Assembly (NCBI GenBank): GCA_963666515.2
Contig: OY762897.2
Location: 1,728,001-1,792,000, forward strand
DNA: 64,000 nt
Direction of reading: 5' to 3'
DNA from: Candidatus Binatia bacterium
Lineage (GTDB): Bacteria > Desulfobacterota > Binatia > UBA9968 > JAJDTQ01
Positions within the stretch are counted from its first letter, which is position 1, and each line of letters starts with the position of its first letter. The translations under genes were made by a program, and so were the position numbers. Positions 20,897-30,567 of this stretch are shown here, piece by piece. The notes beneath the pieces are model-generated. The model did not search any database, had not been told where the DNA came from, and saw only the letters and a program-made list of their open reading frames with translations.

Positions 20897-22639
20897 ATGG
20901 CGAAGAACGACAATACAGCGGGCTTGCCCTCGACCCCGGACCTTGCGGCAGATGTAGTCATCGTCGGATCCGGGGCGACGGGGTTGCCCGCGGCCATCGT
21001 CGCGGCGGACGCCGGCGCGTCGGTGCTGGTGGTGGAAAGCAACTACGACGTGGGCGGACACGCCATCATCAGCGGCGGCAACGTGCCCCTGGGGGGCGGC
21101 ACCAGCGCCCAGCGCAAGTACGGCATCGAGGACTCGCCGGACACGGTCTTCGCGGACCTGACGGACTGGTCCGTTGTCCAAGTCAACGGCTTCCCGGACT
21201 ACCGCTACAGCGACCGCGCCGTGATACGGGCGTTCGCCGACCATTGTGCGGAAACATATGAATTTCTGGTGGCCAACGGCGTGAAATTCAAGGAGATTCC
21301 TCCCGACAGCCAGGGTGCCCACTCCACCGGCAACTCGGCGCATCGGGAAAACCATACCTATTGGGAGCACGGCGCCGGACTGGCCAGTCCCAACGGCAGG
21401 CCCGGCACCGGACTGGTACGGCCGCTGGAACTCAGCGCTCGGGAGAAGGGCGTAAAGTTCCTGCTGAACTACAAGATGTCCGCCATCATCCGCGAGGGCG
21501 CACCGGGCCAGCCCTCCGGGCGGGTTCTGGGGATCACCGCCGAATACACCCCCACCGTGCTGCCCGGCACCACCACCCCGCTCCGGAGCTACCGCTCCGC
21601 CGGGAACATCGACCGCACCGATCCCAACTTGACCATCCACGCGCACAAGGCGGTCATCATCGCCACCGGCGGCAGCACCAGCAACGTCAACTTCCGGCGC
21701 ATGTTCGACCCGAGGCTCACCGAGGTCTACCAAGTCGCCGGCGAGCCCTACTCGTTCCAGGACGCCAGCGGCGAACTGGCCGCCATGGCCGTCGGCGCCT
21801 CCCTCTGGGGCCTGGCCAACCAGATCCTGGAGAACGGCGACAACATCCGGGTGCAGCGCGCCCTGGGCACCCGCTGGAACTACTTCCCGTGGAAACTGGA
21901 GTGCCCCATCTTCCCGCTCGTGCGGGCCACGGGCCTGGCCGTCAAGGACTGGCATGACCTGATCCTGGTGAACCAGGTGGGCGAGCGCTTCTACGACGAG
22001 ACCCAGGGCGACTACCCCGAAGGCAACAAGCACAAGGACATCGACCCCTACACCCCCGGCGACCACCGGAACACCCACATCGAGTACGATCCGCATCACT
22101 CCAACTTCTTCAACGCCGCAGTGGCCATGAACGCCGCCTCCAAGCCTCCCGACTACTCGGGCGGGCCGGTCTGGGCCATCTTCGACGCCGCCGCGGTGGA
22201 ACGCGAGGGCTGGAAAGTGACCCCGCCGTACGTAGACCCGGACGGCTATTTCTTCACCGCCGACACGCTAGACGACCTTGCCGCGGCTATCGAGAACCCC
22301 TGGCAGGCCGTGCCCATGAGCGGCGCCGCCCTGGAGGCCACGGTGCGCCGCTACAACTCGTTCGTGGATTCCGGCGTCGACGAGGACTTCGGCAAGCCAT
22401 CCCCCAAGCACAAGATCGAGAAACCGCCGTTCCACGCCGCCTGGGGCACCCCCCTTGTCCACGACAGCCGCGCCGGCCTGCGCATCAACGAGAAGTGCCA
22501 GGTGCTGGACATGAACGGCGAGGTCATCCCCGGCCTCTACTGCGGCGGCGAGTCCGCCGGCGGCTTCAACCAGCACGGCATGGGCCGCTGCACCGTGCAG
22601 GGGTTGATCGCCGGGAGGGAGGCGGCGGCGGAAGGATGA
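20897..22639 (+). CDS. FAD-binding protein, fumarate reductase/3-ketosteroid dehydrogenase flavoprotein family
   Basis: GSGATG, GGHAIISGG, VIIATGG, ILVNQVGERFYDE, IPGLYCGGE. Confidence 0.85.
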   Translation: MAKNDNTAGLPSTPDLAADVVIVGSGATGLPAAIVAADAGASVLVVESNYDVGGHAIISGGNVPLGGGTSAQRKYGIEDSPDTVFADLTDWSVVQVNGFPDYRYSDRAVIRAFADHCAETYEFLVANGVKFKEIPPDSQGAHSTGNSAHRENHTYWEHGAGLASPNGRPGTGLVRPLELSAREKGVKFLLNYKMSAIIREGAPGQPSGRVLGITAEYTPTVLPGTTTPLRSYRSAGNIDRTDPNLTIHAHKAVIIATGGSTSNVNFRRMFDPRLTEVYQVAGEPYSFQDASGELAAMAVGASLWGLANQILENGDNIRVQRALGTRWNYFPWKLECPIFPLVRATGLAVKDWHDLILVNQVGERFYDETQGDYPEGNKHKDIDPYTPGDHRNTHIEYDPHHSNFFNAAVAMNAASKPPDYSGGPVWAIFDAAAVEREGWKVTPPYVDPDGYFFTADTLDDLAAAIENPWQAVPMSGAALEATVRRYNSFVDSGVDEDFGKPSPKHKIEKPPFHAAWGTPLVHDSRAGLRINEKCQVLDMNGEVIPGLYCGGESAGGFNQHGMGRCTVQGLIAGREAAAEG

Positions 22640-22768
22640 GACTCATCGTTGAGCAAAGGAACGCACCCTCGGCGAGTTTCGTCACCGCTCTGAAATCACA
22701 GGGTTCACGGGATGTCGGGGCTGCGTGGATGTGATAGGGTGCAGTCATGTTCAGCGGGGGCATGGTCC

Positions 22769-23110
22769 ATGCGAGCGACAGGTAACGGCATTCCTGGGGA
22801 GGAGTTGGTAGCGGCCGGTGTCGAGGCGCTCGACCGGGGAGAACTCAGCATCGAGGCGTTGCTTGTCGCAGTCGGGGCGCCGCGGCTACGGAGCTTGGGG
22901 ATCCCGGTGCCGGACGACGCATGCTTGCCGCATTACCCGGAGCTTGCTCTTTATCACGCAGTCGGACAACGCTATCCCGACGACGCGCACTCACGGTACA
23001 ATGCCCTGATCCGCCGGCTCGTGAGCTTCGAGCACGAACTGGAGCGGCGCCGCTTCTCCGCGGCGAAGCGCCCAACTCAAGCCGGCGGCAGCGGCATGAA
23101 GAGGAATTGA
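22769..23110 (+). CDS. Conserved hypothetical protein (AHSRYNALIRRLVSFE family)
   Basis: PGEELV..G, ALLVAVGAPRL and AHSRYNALIRRLVSFE; recalled as a usual neighbour of DUF6036 nucleotidyltransferases. Confidence 0.6.
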   Translation: MRATGNGIPGEELVAAGVEALDRGELSIEALLVAVGAPRLRSLGIPVPDDACLPHYPELALYHAVGQRYPDDAHSRYNALIRRLVSFEHELERRRFSAAKRPTQAGGSGMKRN

Positions 23111-23113
23111 ACG

Positions 23114-23356
23114 ATGAAGGGTAGTTTTGACGGCTTCTCCGTCAATCTCTACCAAGACGAAGACGGCGACTGGTTGGCGCACTTGGTTGAAATGCCCGGC
23201 ATTTCAGCCTTTGCGGATACACCGGACCGGGCCTTGGCGGAACTGGTTGAAGCGTGGGAAGGAACCAAGGAGAGCTACCGGGCACACAACGAACCGATCC
23301 CGGAGGCTCCGGCCCGAAAGGAAATGCAGCAGATAACGGATAAAACGAACACCTGA
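23114..23356 (+). CDS. hicB: HicB family antitoxin (short, no DNA-binding domain)
   Basis: DEDGDWLAHLVEMPGISAFADTPDRALAEL...EPIPEAP. Confidence 0.8.
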   Translation: MKGSFDGFSVNLYQDEDGDWLAHLVEMPGISAFADTPDRALAELVEAWEGTKESYRAHNEPIPEAPARKEMQQITDKTNT

Positions 23357-23371
23357 AAAGGAGAAACCGCC

Positions 23372-24505
23372 ATGGAACAAGCCATCATCTCGGCAGACTC
23401 GCACGTCATCGAGGTCCCGGACCTTTGGGAAAAGGGGTTGCCGTCGTCCATGAGGGACAGGGCGCCCAAGGCCTACTTCGACGAGGGACGTGACGCCTGG
23501 ATGTTCGGATCGGAGGACGTGATACCGCAGGCCGTGGGCGGGCTTTTCATGGCGGGCCAGCGGCCGGAACAGGTAGAGGAATTCCGCCGGGCCGGCTTCT
23601 CGGTGGCGCGGCCCGGGGGCTGGGACCCGGTGGAGCGCATCAAGGACATGGCCACGGACGGCGTGTCGGGCGAGGTGCTCTACCCCAGCCTGGGACTGGG
23701 GTTCTTCTGCGTCGAGGACGCGGCGTTCCAGGAAGGCCTGTTCCGCACCTACAACGACTGGCTCATCGAATACTGCCAGGGAGCGCCGGACAGGCTGTTC
23801 GGCATCGCCCTGATCTCGGCCTTCGACATGGACCACGCGATCGCCGAGATGGAGCGCTGCAGGAAGGCCGGGATGCTGGGCACCCTTATCTGGCAAGTGC
23901 CCCACGCCGACCTGCCCTTCACCTCGGACCACTACGAGCGCTACTGGGCGGCCTCCCAGGACCTGGACATGCCGGTGCACCTGCACATCCTCACGGGCTT
24001 CGGCGACAGCATGCACCGCCAGACCGCCACGGGCATGAAGCGTTACCGCATCGGCGTGGAGCAGACCCGCGAGATCGAGGACGCGCTGTTCGACATCATC
24101 TTCTCCGGCGTGCTGGAGCGCTACCCCAAGCTCAAGATCGTCTCGGTGGAGAACGAGATCGGCTGGATTCCCTTCTGGCTCGGCCAGTGCGACAAGAACT
24201 TCCGGCGCCACCGCCACGCCCATCCGCTGGGCATCGACAAGCTGCCCAGCGAATACTTCGCCCGCCAGGTCTACGCCACCTTCTTCAACGACCACATCGG
24301 CGGCCGGCTATTCTCCTGGTGGGGCTCCGACAACTGCATGTGGTCCAACGACTACCCGCACCAGAACTCGACTTGGCCCCACTCGCAAGACGTCATCGCG
24401 CGGGATCTGGGCCCACTGGACGCCGCCGACCGCGCGAAGCTGCTCAACACCAACGTGGCAAGACTCTACAACCTGAACGTGTCGCCGCTGATGAATGCGG
24501 CGTAG
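23372..24505 (+). CDS. Amidohydrolase_2 family protein
   Basis: ISADSH, DGVSGEVLYPS, YNDWL, HLH, MWSNDYPH. Confidence 0.9.
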   Translation: MEQAIISADSHVIEVPDLWEKGLPSSMRDRAPKAYFDEGRDAWMFGSEDVIPQAVGGLFMAGQRPEQVEEFRRAGFSVARPGGWDPVERIKDMATDGVSGEVLYPSLGLGFFCVEDAAFQEGLFRTYNDWLIEYCQGAPDRLFGIALISAFDMDHAIAEMERCRKAGMLGTLIWQVPHADLPFTSDHYERYWAASQDLDMPVHLHILTGFGDSMHRQTATGMKRYRIGVEQTREIEDALFDIIFSGVLERYPKLKIVSVENEIGWIPFWLGQCDKNFRRHRHAHPLGIDKLPSEYFARQVYATFFNDHIGGRLFSWWGSDNCMWSNDYPHQNSTWPHSQDVIARDLGPLDAADRAKLLNTNVARLYNLNVSPLMNAA

Positions 24506-24524
24506 GAACCTGCACTGAATCCCT

Positions 24525-24552
24525 GTAGGGGCGACCGGCCGGTCGCCCCTAC
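24525..24552. repeat. Perfect 28-bp GTAG-type palindrome between convergent genes (family B)
   Basis: GTAGGGGCGACCGGCCGGTCGCCCCTAC equals its own reverse complement. Confidence 0.8.
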
Positions 24553-24578
24553 CTCCGATCGACTACTCGGACAGACTC

Positions 24579-26012
24579 CTACCGCCTACTCCAGGCGCTG
24601 ATCTCCGCCACCAGTTCCGCCCATCTTTCTTCCACCGCCCGCTTCTCCGCGGGAGAGAATACGTTGGGCTCCGGGAACGAATCCTTCCAGTGGAAGGGCT
24701 TGCAGGCGTCGATGAGCACGCGGCCCATGGTGAAGTCTCCTGATTGCTTTTGCTCTGGGGTCAGACGGGGGTCCAGGTCGCTGGTCCAGGCGTCGTGGAG
24801 GAGGTTCAGGGAGGTGGCGGGGTTGGTTCGGGTGCACATGGCCCACAGCACGTCCTTCAGGTCCGACGGGTCGATGTCGTCGTCCACGGCGACGAAGTAG
24901 CCGAACATGCTGCCGGCGGCGGCTATGCCGTTGGCGGTGATGAGGGCCTGCTTGGCGTGGCCGGCGTAGCGCTGCCGAAGGGCGATGACCAGCATGAGGC
25001 CGTGGCAATGGCCCCAGACGCCGGTGACGTCGGTGATGCCGGCGCGCTCCAGGTGGTCCCAGGCCCGCGCCGCGCTGTCCGGGAGGTCGCTGCCGAAGGA
25101 CAGCATCGGCCGTAGCGGCTGGTGGCCGAAGACGATGGGGTCGTCGCGGTGATGTATCTCCTTGATCCGCACCACGCACTCCGGGCCGCTGTGGGAATAG
25201 TAGCCCGGCCATTCGCCGAACGGCCCCTCGTGGGCGGTCTCCTCGTCCGGCGACGGGATCTCACCTTCCACCAGGATATCCGACTCCGCGGGGACCGGAA
25301 GGCCGCTCAGCGGCGCCTTGACCACCTGCACAGGTGCGCCGTGCAGCGCCCCGGCCTGCTCGTACTTGAGGCGGCTGGTGGAGGCCATGAGGGTTAGCGG
25401 CGCGCAGCCCAGCACCACGGCCACCGGGCACGCCTCTCCCCTCGCCCAGTACTTCTCCGCGATGATGCGACCGCGTTTGTGCGCAATGATCCACAGGCTC
25501 AGGCGGTCCCGGTCCTTGACGCAGGCGCGGTAGGTGCCGAAGTTGATCCAGCCGGTCTCCGGGTCGCGGATGATGACGAGGTCCCCGGTGCCGATGTAGT
25601 TGCCGCCGTCCCCGGAATGCCACTTGGGCGCCGGGAACCTGCGAATGTCCGCATCATCCGCCGCCAGCCGGTGCGTTAGCACCGGGCCGTCCGCCACCTC
25701 CTGCGGCTTGGCCGGGACTTGGCGCGCGCGCAGCTTCCGCAGGTGCTGCACCAGCTCCACGGGATGGGCGTCCGAAGGGATGCCCAGGGCCAGGGCGTAG
25801 CGGCGCCGGCTGTGGCGGTAGACGTTGCTGGCGACCCGGAAGCCCGGCGGAAAGCCGGCGAAGTTGTGGAACAGCAGCAGCGGGCCGTCAGATTGCGCAG
25901 ACAGCTCCGACAGCGCGCCTACGTCCGTATCCAGATCCGCGCCGTGAACGTCCTTGACGTCACCCGCGACCCGGGCCGCGTCGATGAATTCTCCGAGAGA
26001 GGCATGACCCAT
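24579..26012 (-). CDS. UbiD family (prFMN-dependent) decarboxylase #1
   Basis: GGNYIGTG, NFGTYR, EGPFGEWPGYY, VDDDIDP...WAMCTR, IDAC. Confidence 0.92.
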   Translation of the reverse strand: MGHASLGEFIDAARVAGDVKDVHGADLDTDVGALSELSAQSDGPLLLFHNFAGFPPGFRVASNVYRHSRRRYALALGIPSDAHPVELVQHLRKLRARQVPAKPQEVADGPVLTHRLAADDADIRRFPAPKWHSGDGGNYIGTGDLVIIRDPETGWINFGTYRACVKDRDRLSLWIIAHKRGRIIAEKYWARGEACPVAVVLGCAPLTLMASTSRLKYEQAGALHGAPVQVVKAPLSGLPVPAESDILVEGEIPSPDEETAHEGPFGEWPGYYSHSGPECVVRIKEIHHRDDPIVFGHQPLRPMLSFGSDLPDSAARAWDHLERAGITDVTGVWGHCHGLMLVIALRQRYAGHAKQALITANGIAAAGSMFGYFVAVDDDIDPSDLKDVLWAMCTRTNPATSLNLLHDAWTSDLDPRLTPEQKQSGDFTMGRVLIDACKPFHWKDSFPEPNVFSPAEKRAVEERWAELVAEISAWSRR

Positions 26013-26042
26013 GGTGGGTTCCCCTTGTGTGTGACTCTCGCT

Positions 26043-26420
26043 TCACAAGACGCCGATGACGTCCATCTGGATGATGGTCTTGCCCTGGACGTCGATCTGC
26101 ATGACGTGCCGGGCCGGGCGGTCGTCCTCGTTGGGGAACATGGCGAGCCACTCCTTGTTGATCAGCGCCCGGTGGCTGAAGTCCTTGAGATAGACGGTGA
26201 CCTTGCCGATGTTGTCGGTGCTGCCGCCGGCGGCCTCCATGACGTTGCGCAGGTTCTCGAAGGCCTGGCGGATCTGCTCTTCCGGGTCATCCGATATGCC
26301 GTCCGGCCCGGCGCCGCTGATCACAGACGGCAGGATCACGTTGCCGATGACGACGCCCGTGGGAATCGGGTTGTTGTGCGAGCCGAGCTTGTCGCTCTTG
26401 ATCATGTTGCGTCGGGCCAT
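26043..26420 (-). CDS. RidA/Rid family enamine/imine deaminase
   Basis: AFENLRNVMEAAGG...KVTVYL...RPARH with catalytic Arg. Confidence 0.85.
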   Translation of the reverse strand: MARRNMIKSDKLGSHNNPIPTGVVIGNVILPSVISGAGPDGISDDPEEQIRQAFENLRNVMEAAGGSTDNIGKVTVYLKDFSHRALINKEWLAMFPNEDDRPARHVMQIDVQGKTIIQMDVIGVL

Positions 26421-26467
26421 TGTTTCCTCCTTGAAGGTTTCCTTACTCGAACTTCAGAATTCCGCCC

Positions 26468-26496
26468 CCTGGATTCCGGCTTCCGCCGGAATGACG
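26468..26496. repeat. Single family A REP copy
   Basis: CCTGGATTCCGGCTTCCGCCGGAATGACG. Confidence 0.8.
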
Positions 26497-26530
26497 GATG
26501 CGGGTTTCGTATCCACGCCGGGGTTGCCCG

Positions 26531-28243
26531 CTACATCTGCATCCTGCCGCTGAACCGGCGCATGAGCAGGGCCACGCCTACGGCGAAGAACGCCAGGATC
26601 ACGCTGATGATGGATGCCGACTCCATCTGTCCGCCGAGGGCGTGCTCCATCATCAGGATGGCCAGGGGCCGGGTGGAGGCGCCGGTGAGCAGCACCACGT
26701 TGTCCACGTCGCGAATCGAAGCGATGAAGACGATGACGAAGATGGCGATGAGGGTCGGGGCGATGAGCGGCACGGTGATGCGCCACAGGGTGTAGAACCA
26801 GCCGCAGCCGCACACACGGGCGGCGTGCTCCAGCTCCACGGAGATCTGGGTGAAGCTGGTCTTCACCAGGTGCACGCCGATGGGCACCTCCTTGACGATC
26901 AGCACCCAGACGAGGCTCATGAGGGTGCCGTAGAGCGGCACCAGGAACGGCACGGTCAGGAAGATCCACAGGAAGCCCAGGCCGCTCAGGATGCCCGGCA
27001 CGGCCCAGGGCAGCCACAGGAAGACGTTGGCGACGGCGCGGCCCTGGAGCTGGGTGCGCACCAGCGCAAAGCCGAACAGGCAGTAGATGGTCACGCCCAG
27101 CACCGCCGTGGCCAGGCCCAGGATGATGGAGTTCTGCGCCGACCGCAGAAATACCGGGTCTTCCAGCACCGCGCGCCAGTGATCCAGGGTGTAGGGGTCG
27201 GCGATGTCGAAGTAGCCGAAGATCGTCATGCACGAACCCAGGACCAGCGTGCCGATGGGCAGGTAGACCGCGATGCCCACGACAACTATCAGCGCGCCGC
27301 TCACCACGTAACGCAACGAGCCCATGTCCACCTGACGGAACGAGGTGCCGCGGCCCGAGAGGGTGGCGTACTGCCGCCTGGAGGTGAAGTGCTGGTAGAA
27401 CAGCGCCAGCACGAACAGCACGCCAAGGAAGAACGTGCTCAACGTGATGGCCTGGGCGAACTCCGGCGGCTCCCAGGTGATGAGGTCGTAGATGCGGGTG
27501 GCGAAGACGTCGATGTTGGCCGGACGGCCCAGCAGCAACTCCACCTGAAAGGACTCCAGGCCCCGGATCACCCCCGCCAGCCACACCGTCAGCATGGCCG
27601 GCGCGAGCACCGGCACCAGCACGTAACGGAAGGTGCGCCAGGACCCCAGCCCGCACACCCGGGCGGCTTCCTCCAGAGACGCCTCCAGTTGTCGCATGGC
27701 GGGCATGAGCAGGATGGTCATGATGGGGATGGTGCTGGCGGTGAGGTGCACCCAGATGATGCCGGTGAAGGTGTACGGGTTGAGCGTGATCCCCATCGGG
27801 GTGAGGAAGCGGTTGAGCACCCCGTAGTTGGGATCCGCCAGCAGGATCCAGCTTATGGCCAGGGGCAGCGACGGCAGGAAATAGGCGATCCACAGGGACA
27901 GCTCGATGAAGGCCCGCCCGGGCACCCGCACCCGCACCAGCAGCCACGACAGCAGGAAGGCGGCGCTGATGCCGATGAGCGTGCGCACGCTCAGAAGGAA
28001 GCTGTAGCCGATGGCGTCCAGCGTCTTCCGGTTGGCGAACCCGCTGACCCATCCGTCGAACCCGAACACGAACGGGTCGGTGGGATCGGCCGTGTTGACG
28101 CTGTTCATGAGGATGAAGACCACCGGGGGCAGACTCACCACCCCGGCCGCGGCCAGCAGCAGCGACGCCAAGCTCCATTCCCGAAGAAGGAACCGCCCCC
28201 GTCGCGACACGGTATGGCCGGCCATACCTGTCAGGTCGGCCAT
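26531..28243 (-). CDS. FbpB/ThiP-type double-domain ABC permease
   Basis: Two EAA loops (LEEAARVCG, LEHAARVCG); about 12 TM segments. Confidence 0.9.
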   Translation of the reverse strand: MADLTGMAGHTVSRRGRFLLREWSLASLLLAAAGVVSLPPVVFILMNSVNTADPTDPFVFGFDGWVSGFANRKTLDAIGYSFLLSVRTLIGISAAFLLSWLLVRVRVPGRAFIELSLWIAYFLPSLPLAISWILLADPNYGVLNRFLTPMGITLNPYTFTGIIWVHLTASTIPIMTILLMPAMRQLEASLEEAARVCGLGSWRTFRYVLVPVLAPAMLTVWLAGVIRGLESFQVELLLGRPANIDVFATRIYDLITWEPPEFAQAITLSTFFLGVLFVLALFYQHFTSRRQYATLSGRGTSFRQVDMGSLRYVVSGALIVVVGIAVYLPIGTLVLGSCMTIFGYFDIADPYTLDHWRAVLEDPVFLRSAQNSIILGLATAVLGVTIYCLFGFALVRTQLQGRAVANVFLWLPWAVPGILSGLGFLWIFLTVPFLVPLYGTLMSLVWVLIVKEVPIGVHLVKTSFTQISVELEHAARVCGCGWFYTLWRITVPLIAPTLIAIFVIVFIASIRDVDNVVLLTGASTRPLAILMMEHALGGQMESASIISVILAFFAVGVALLMRRFSGRMQM

Positions 28244-29319
28244 ACCTTCAACCGTCCGTCCTTGACGCGGAGGAGGACCCGGTCGCCGGCAACTTGCGAA
28301 TCGTCCTCCAGGGAAATGACGAACTCGACGCCGCAGGTCTCCAGGGCCAGTTCGTAGCGATCTCCCAGGTAGATGAGGTTGTGGACCGCCGCCCGCAACT
28401 CGCCGGCGCCGGGCTCCCGCGCCTCGCCCACCAGTTCCAGGTCCTCGGGGCGCAGCCCGACCATCAGGCTCTCGCCGGCAGCGACGCCTCCCGCGTCCGG
28501 CAGCGCGAGCCTGCAGCCGTCGGCGAGCCGGGCGTACGCGGCGCCCCCGTCATCCACCCGCTCCGCATCCAGGTGGATGCTCTTGCCGAGAAACGCGTGC
28601 ACGAAGGGATTCACCGGGTCCTTGTAAAGCTCGCCGGGCGATCCCAACTGCTGGATCCGCCCGTCGCGCATGACCAGGATTCGGTCGGCCAGGGTCATGG
28701 CTTCCACCTGGTCGTGGGTGACGAACAGGAAGGTGGCCTTGAGCTTGGCCTGAAGGCCCTTCAACTCCACCCGCATCTGCTGGCGGAGTTGCGCGTCCAG
28801 GTTGCTCAGGGGCTCGTCCAGCAAGAGCAGGTCGGGCTCGTAGACCAGCGCCCGGGCGAGCGACAGGCGTTGCTGCTGGCCGCCGCTCAGGTCGGTGCCA
28901 TTGCGCTCTTCCAGTCCCCCCAGATCGACGAACTCAAGCATCTTCCGCACCCGCTCGCGCCGGTCCTGCCGGGGGTGGCCGCGCACCTTGAGTGGCAACG
29001 CCACCTGATCACCGCAGGTCATGTGCGGCCAGATGGCGAAGGACTGGAACACCATGCCGGTGTTGCGCTTCTCCGGCGGGACGAAGATACCCTTCTCCGG
29101 ATCGCTCACGACCTTGCCGTTCAAGACGATCTCGCCGGAGTCCGGGCGCTCCAGCCCGGCCAGGGTCCGCAGCGTCGTGCTCTTGCCGCAGCCGCTGGGT
29201 CCCAGGATGACCAGGATCTCGCCGCCGTAGACGTCGAAGCTGACGCCGTCCACCGCACGCACGTCACCGTAGCACTTCACGAGGTCGCGGACGCTGACGA
29301 TGGGCGCGGCGGACGGCAC
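28231..29319 (-). CDS. ABC transporter ATP-binding protein
   Basis: GPSGCGKST, LSGGQQQR, LLLDEP. Confidence 0.93.
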   Translation of the reverse strand: MPSAAPIVSVRDLVKCYGDVRAVDGVSFDVYGGEILVILGPSGCGKSTTLRTLAGLERPDSGEIVLNGKVVSDPEKGIFVPPEKRNTGMVFQSFAIWPHMTCGDQVALPLKVRGHPRQDRRERVRKMLEFVDLGGLEERNGTDLSGGQQQRLSLARALVYEPDLLLLDEPLSNLDAQLRQQMRVELKGLQAKLKATFLFVTHDQVEAMTLADRILVMRDGRIQQLGSPGELYKDPVNPFVHAFLGKSIHLDAERVDDGGAAYARLADGCRLALPDAGGVAAGESLMVGLRPEDLELVGEAREPGAGELRAAVHNLIYLGDRYELALETCGVEFVISLEDDSQVAGDRVLLRVKDGRLKVWPT

Positions 29320-29325
29320 GGCACC

Positions 29326-30417
29326 TTACCGCCCGAGGAGTTCCACCAAGCGCTTGCGCGCCCGCGGGCGCTCCTTGGTGTAGAACTCGTAGGCGTAGTC
29401 GTCGTGGTACTTGACGCCCTCCTTGGGAAGCACGTAGTCGTCCAGACCCTCGCTCACGTCCAGCCGGCGGCTCTTCTGCCGCACGTGCCGCTCGAACACC
29501 TGCTGGCCTTCCTGGTCCGCGAGCCAGTTGAGCAGGACCACCGCTCCGTTGGGGTTCGGCGCGCCCTTGACCAGCTTGATCACGCCGCTGCCGCCGGTGA
29601 GCTTGCCGGGAAGGTCTTTGAACCGCACCACGCCGATGGGCAGCCCCTTCTTGCGCAGCGGATCGAACTGCCGGGCCACGGCGCCCAGACCCACCGAATA
29701 GACGCCCCGCGCGATCCAGTCGGCGAGCTGGCGGTGATTGGCGGTGTAGACCACTTCCTGCCCCTTGTAGAGGTTGACCACGTACTCGTCGCCGAGCATG
29801 GCCAGGAAAAAGGACGCGGCCCCCTTGCCGGCGCCGCCGCGCCGCGGATCATAGCTGGCGATCTTGCCCTTGAGCTTGGGGTCCAGAAGATGCTTGACGG
29901 AATTGATCTCCTCGGCCTTGAGCTTCGTGGTGTTGTAGATGCCCGACACGTTCACGTACTCGATCAACTGGAGCATGTACTTGTGCTCGGGGTCGTTCCA
30001 CTTGAGCGCGCCGCCGCGCCACTGCTTGCCGTCGGTCACCGAGGGCAGCAGGAGATTGGACTTCATCTCACGCAGACATCCCTTGGGGTAGAGCCTCGTG
30101 ATCTCGCTGTTGCCCGACAACAGCACGTCCATGGACGGACGGTTGGCGCTGCACTCCCGCCTGGCCACAGCCGTCAGCTCCGAGCCGCGCATGGAGCGCA
30201 ACTCCACGTCGATGCCGTACTTGGCCTTGAACTTCTTCGTCACGTCCTGGCGGAACTTGGGCATACCCAGGTTGGTTCCGAGCACGACCTTCCCTTCCTT
30301 CTTGGCCGCGGCAAGGACGTCGTCCCACTTCCCGGCCTGGGCCGGAGCCGCGCCCAGGGCCGCGAGGACCATCGCGAGCGCCACCAGAAAACATCCATTC
30401 CGTTTATTCCGTTTCAT
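29326..30417 (-). CDS. ABC substrate-binding protein (FbpA/AfuA-like cluster)
   Basis: Signal peptide ending AQA; WDDVLAAAKKEGKV, LLDPKLKGKI, APNPN.A; SD AGGAGG before ATG 30417. Confidence 0.88.
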   Translation of the reverse strand: MKRNKRNGCFLVALAMVLAALGAAPAQAGKWDDVLAAAKKEGKVVLGTNLGMPKFRQDVTKKFKAKYGIDVELRSMRGSELTAVARRECSANRPSMDVLLSGNSEITRLYPKGCLREMKSNLLLPSVTDGKQWRGGALKWNDPEHKYMLQLIEYVNVSGIYNTTKLKAEEINSVKHLLDPKLKGKIASYDPRRGGAGKGAASFFLAMLGDEYVVNLYKGQEVVYTANHRQLADWIARGVYSVGLGAVARQFDPLRKKGLPIGVVRFKDLPGKLTGGSGVIKLVKGAPNPNGAVVLLNWLADQEGQQVFERHVRQKSRRLDVSEGLDDYVLPKEGVKYHDDYAYEFYTKERPRARKRLVELLGR

Positions 30418-30567
30418 GTTCTTCCTCCTTGCCTGCAGGAGCGAAAGCATCCTGCGTCCGCCGAGGGCGCGACGCGGTCGCTCCCCAGCCCATGTTTCGT
30501 TGCCTTCGGACAAATCGGACAGCATTCGGGTGTCCCGTACGATTGGGCGAATCTCCACCTGCGCACC

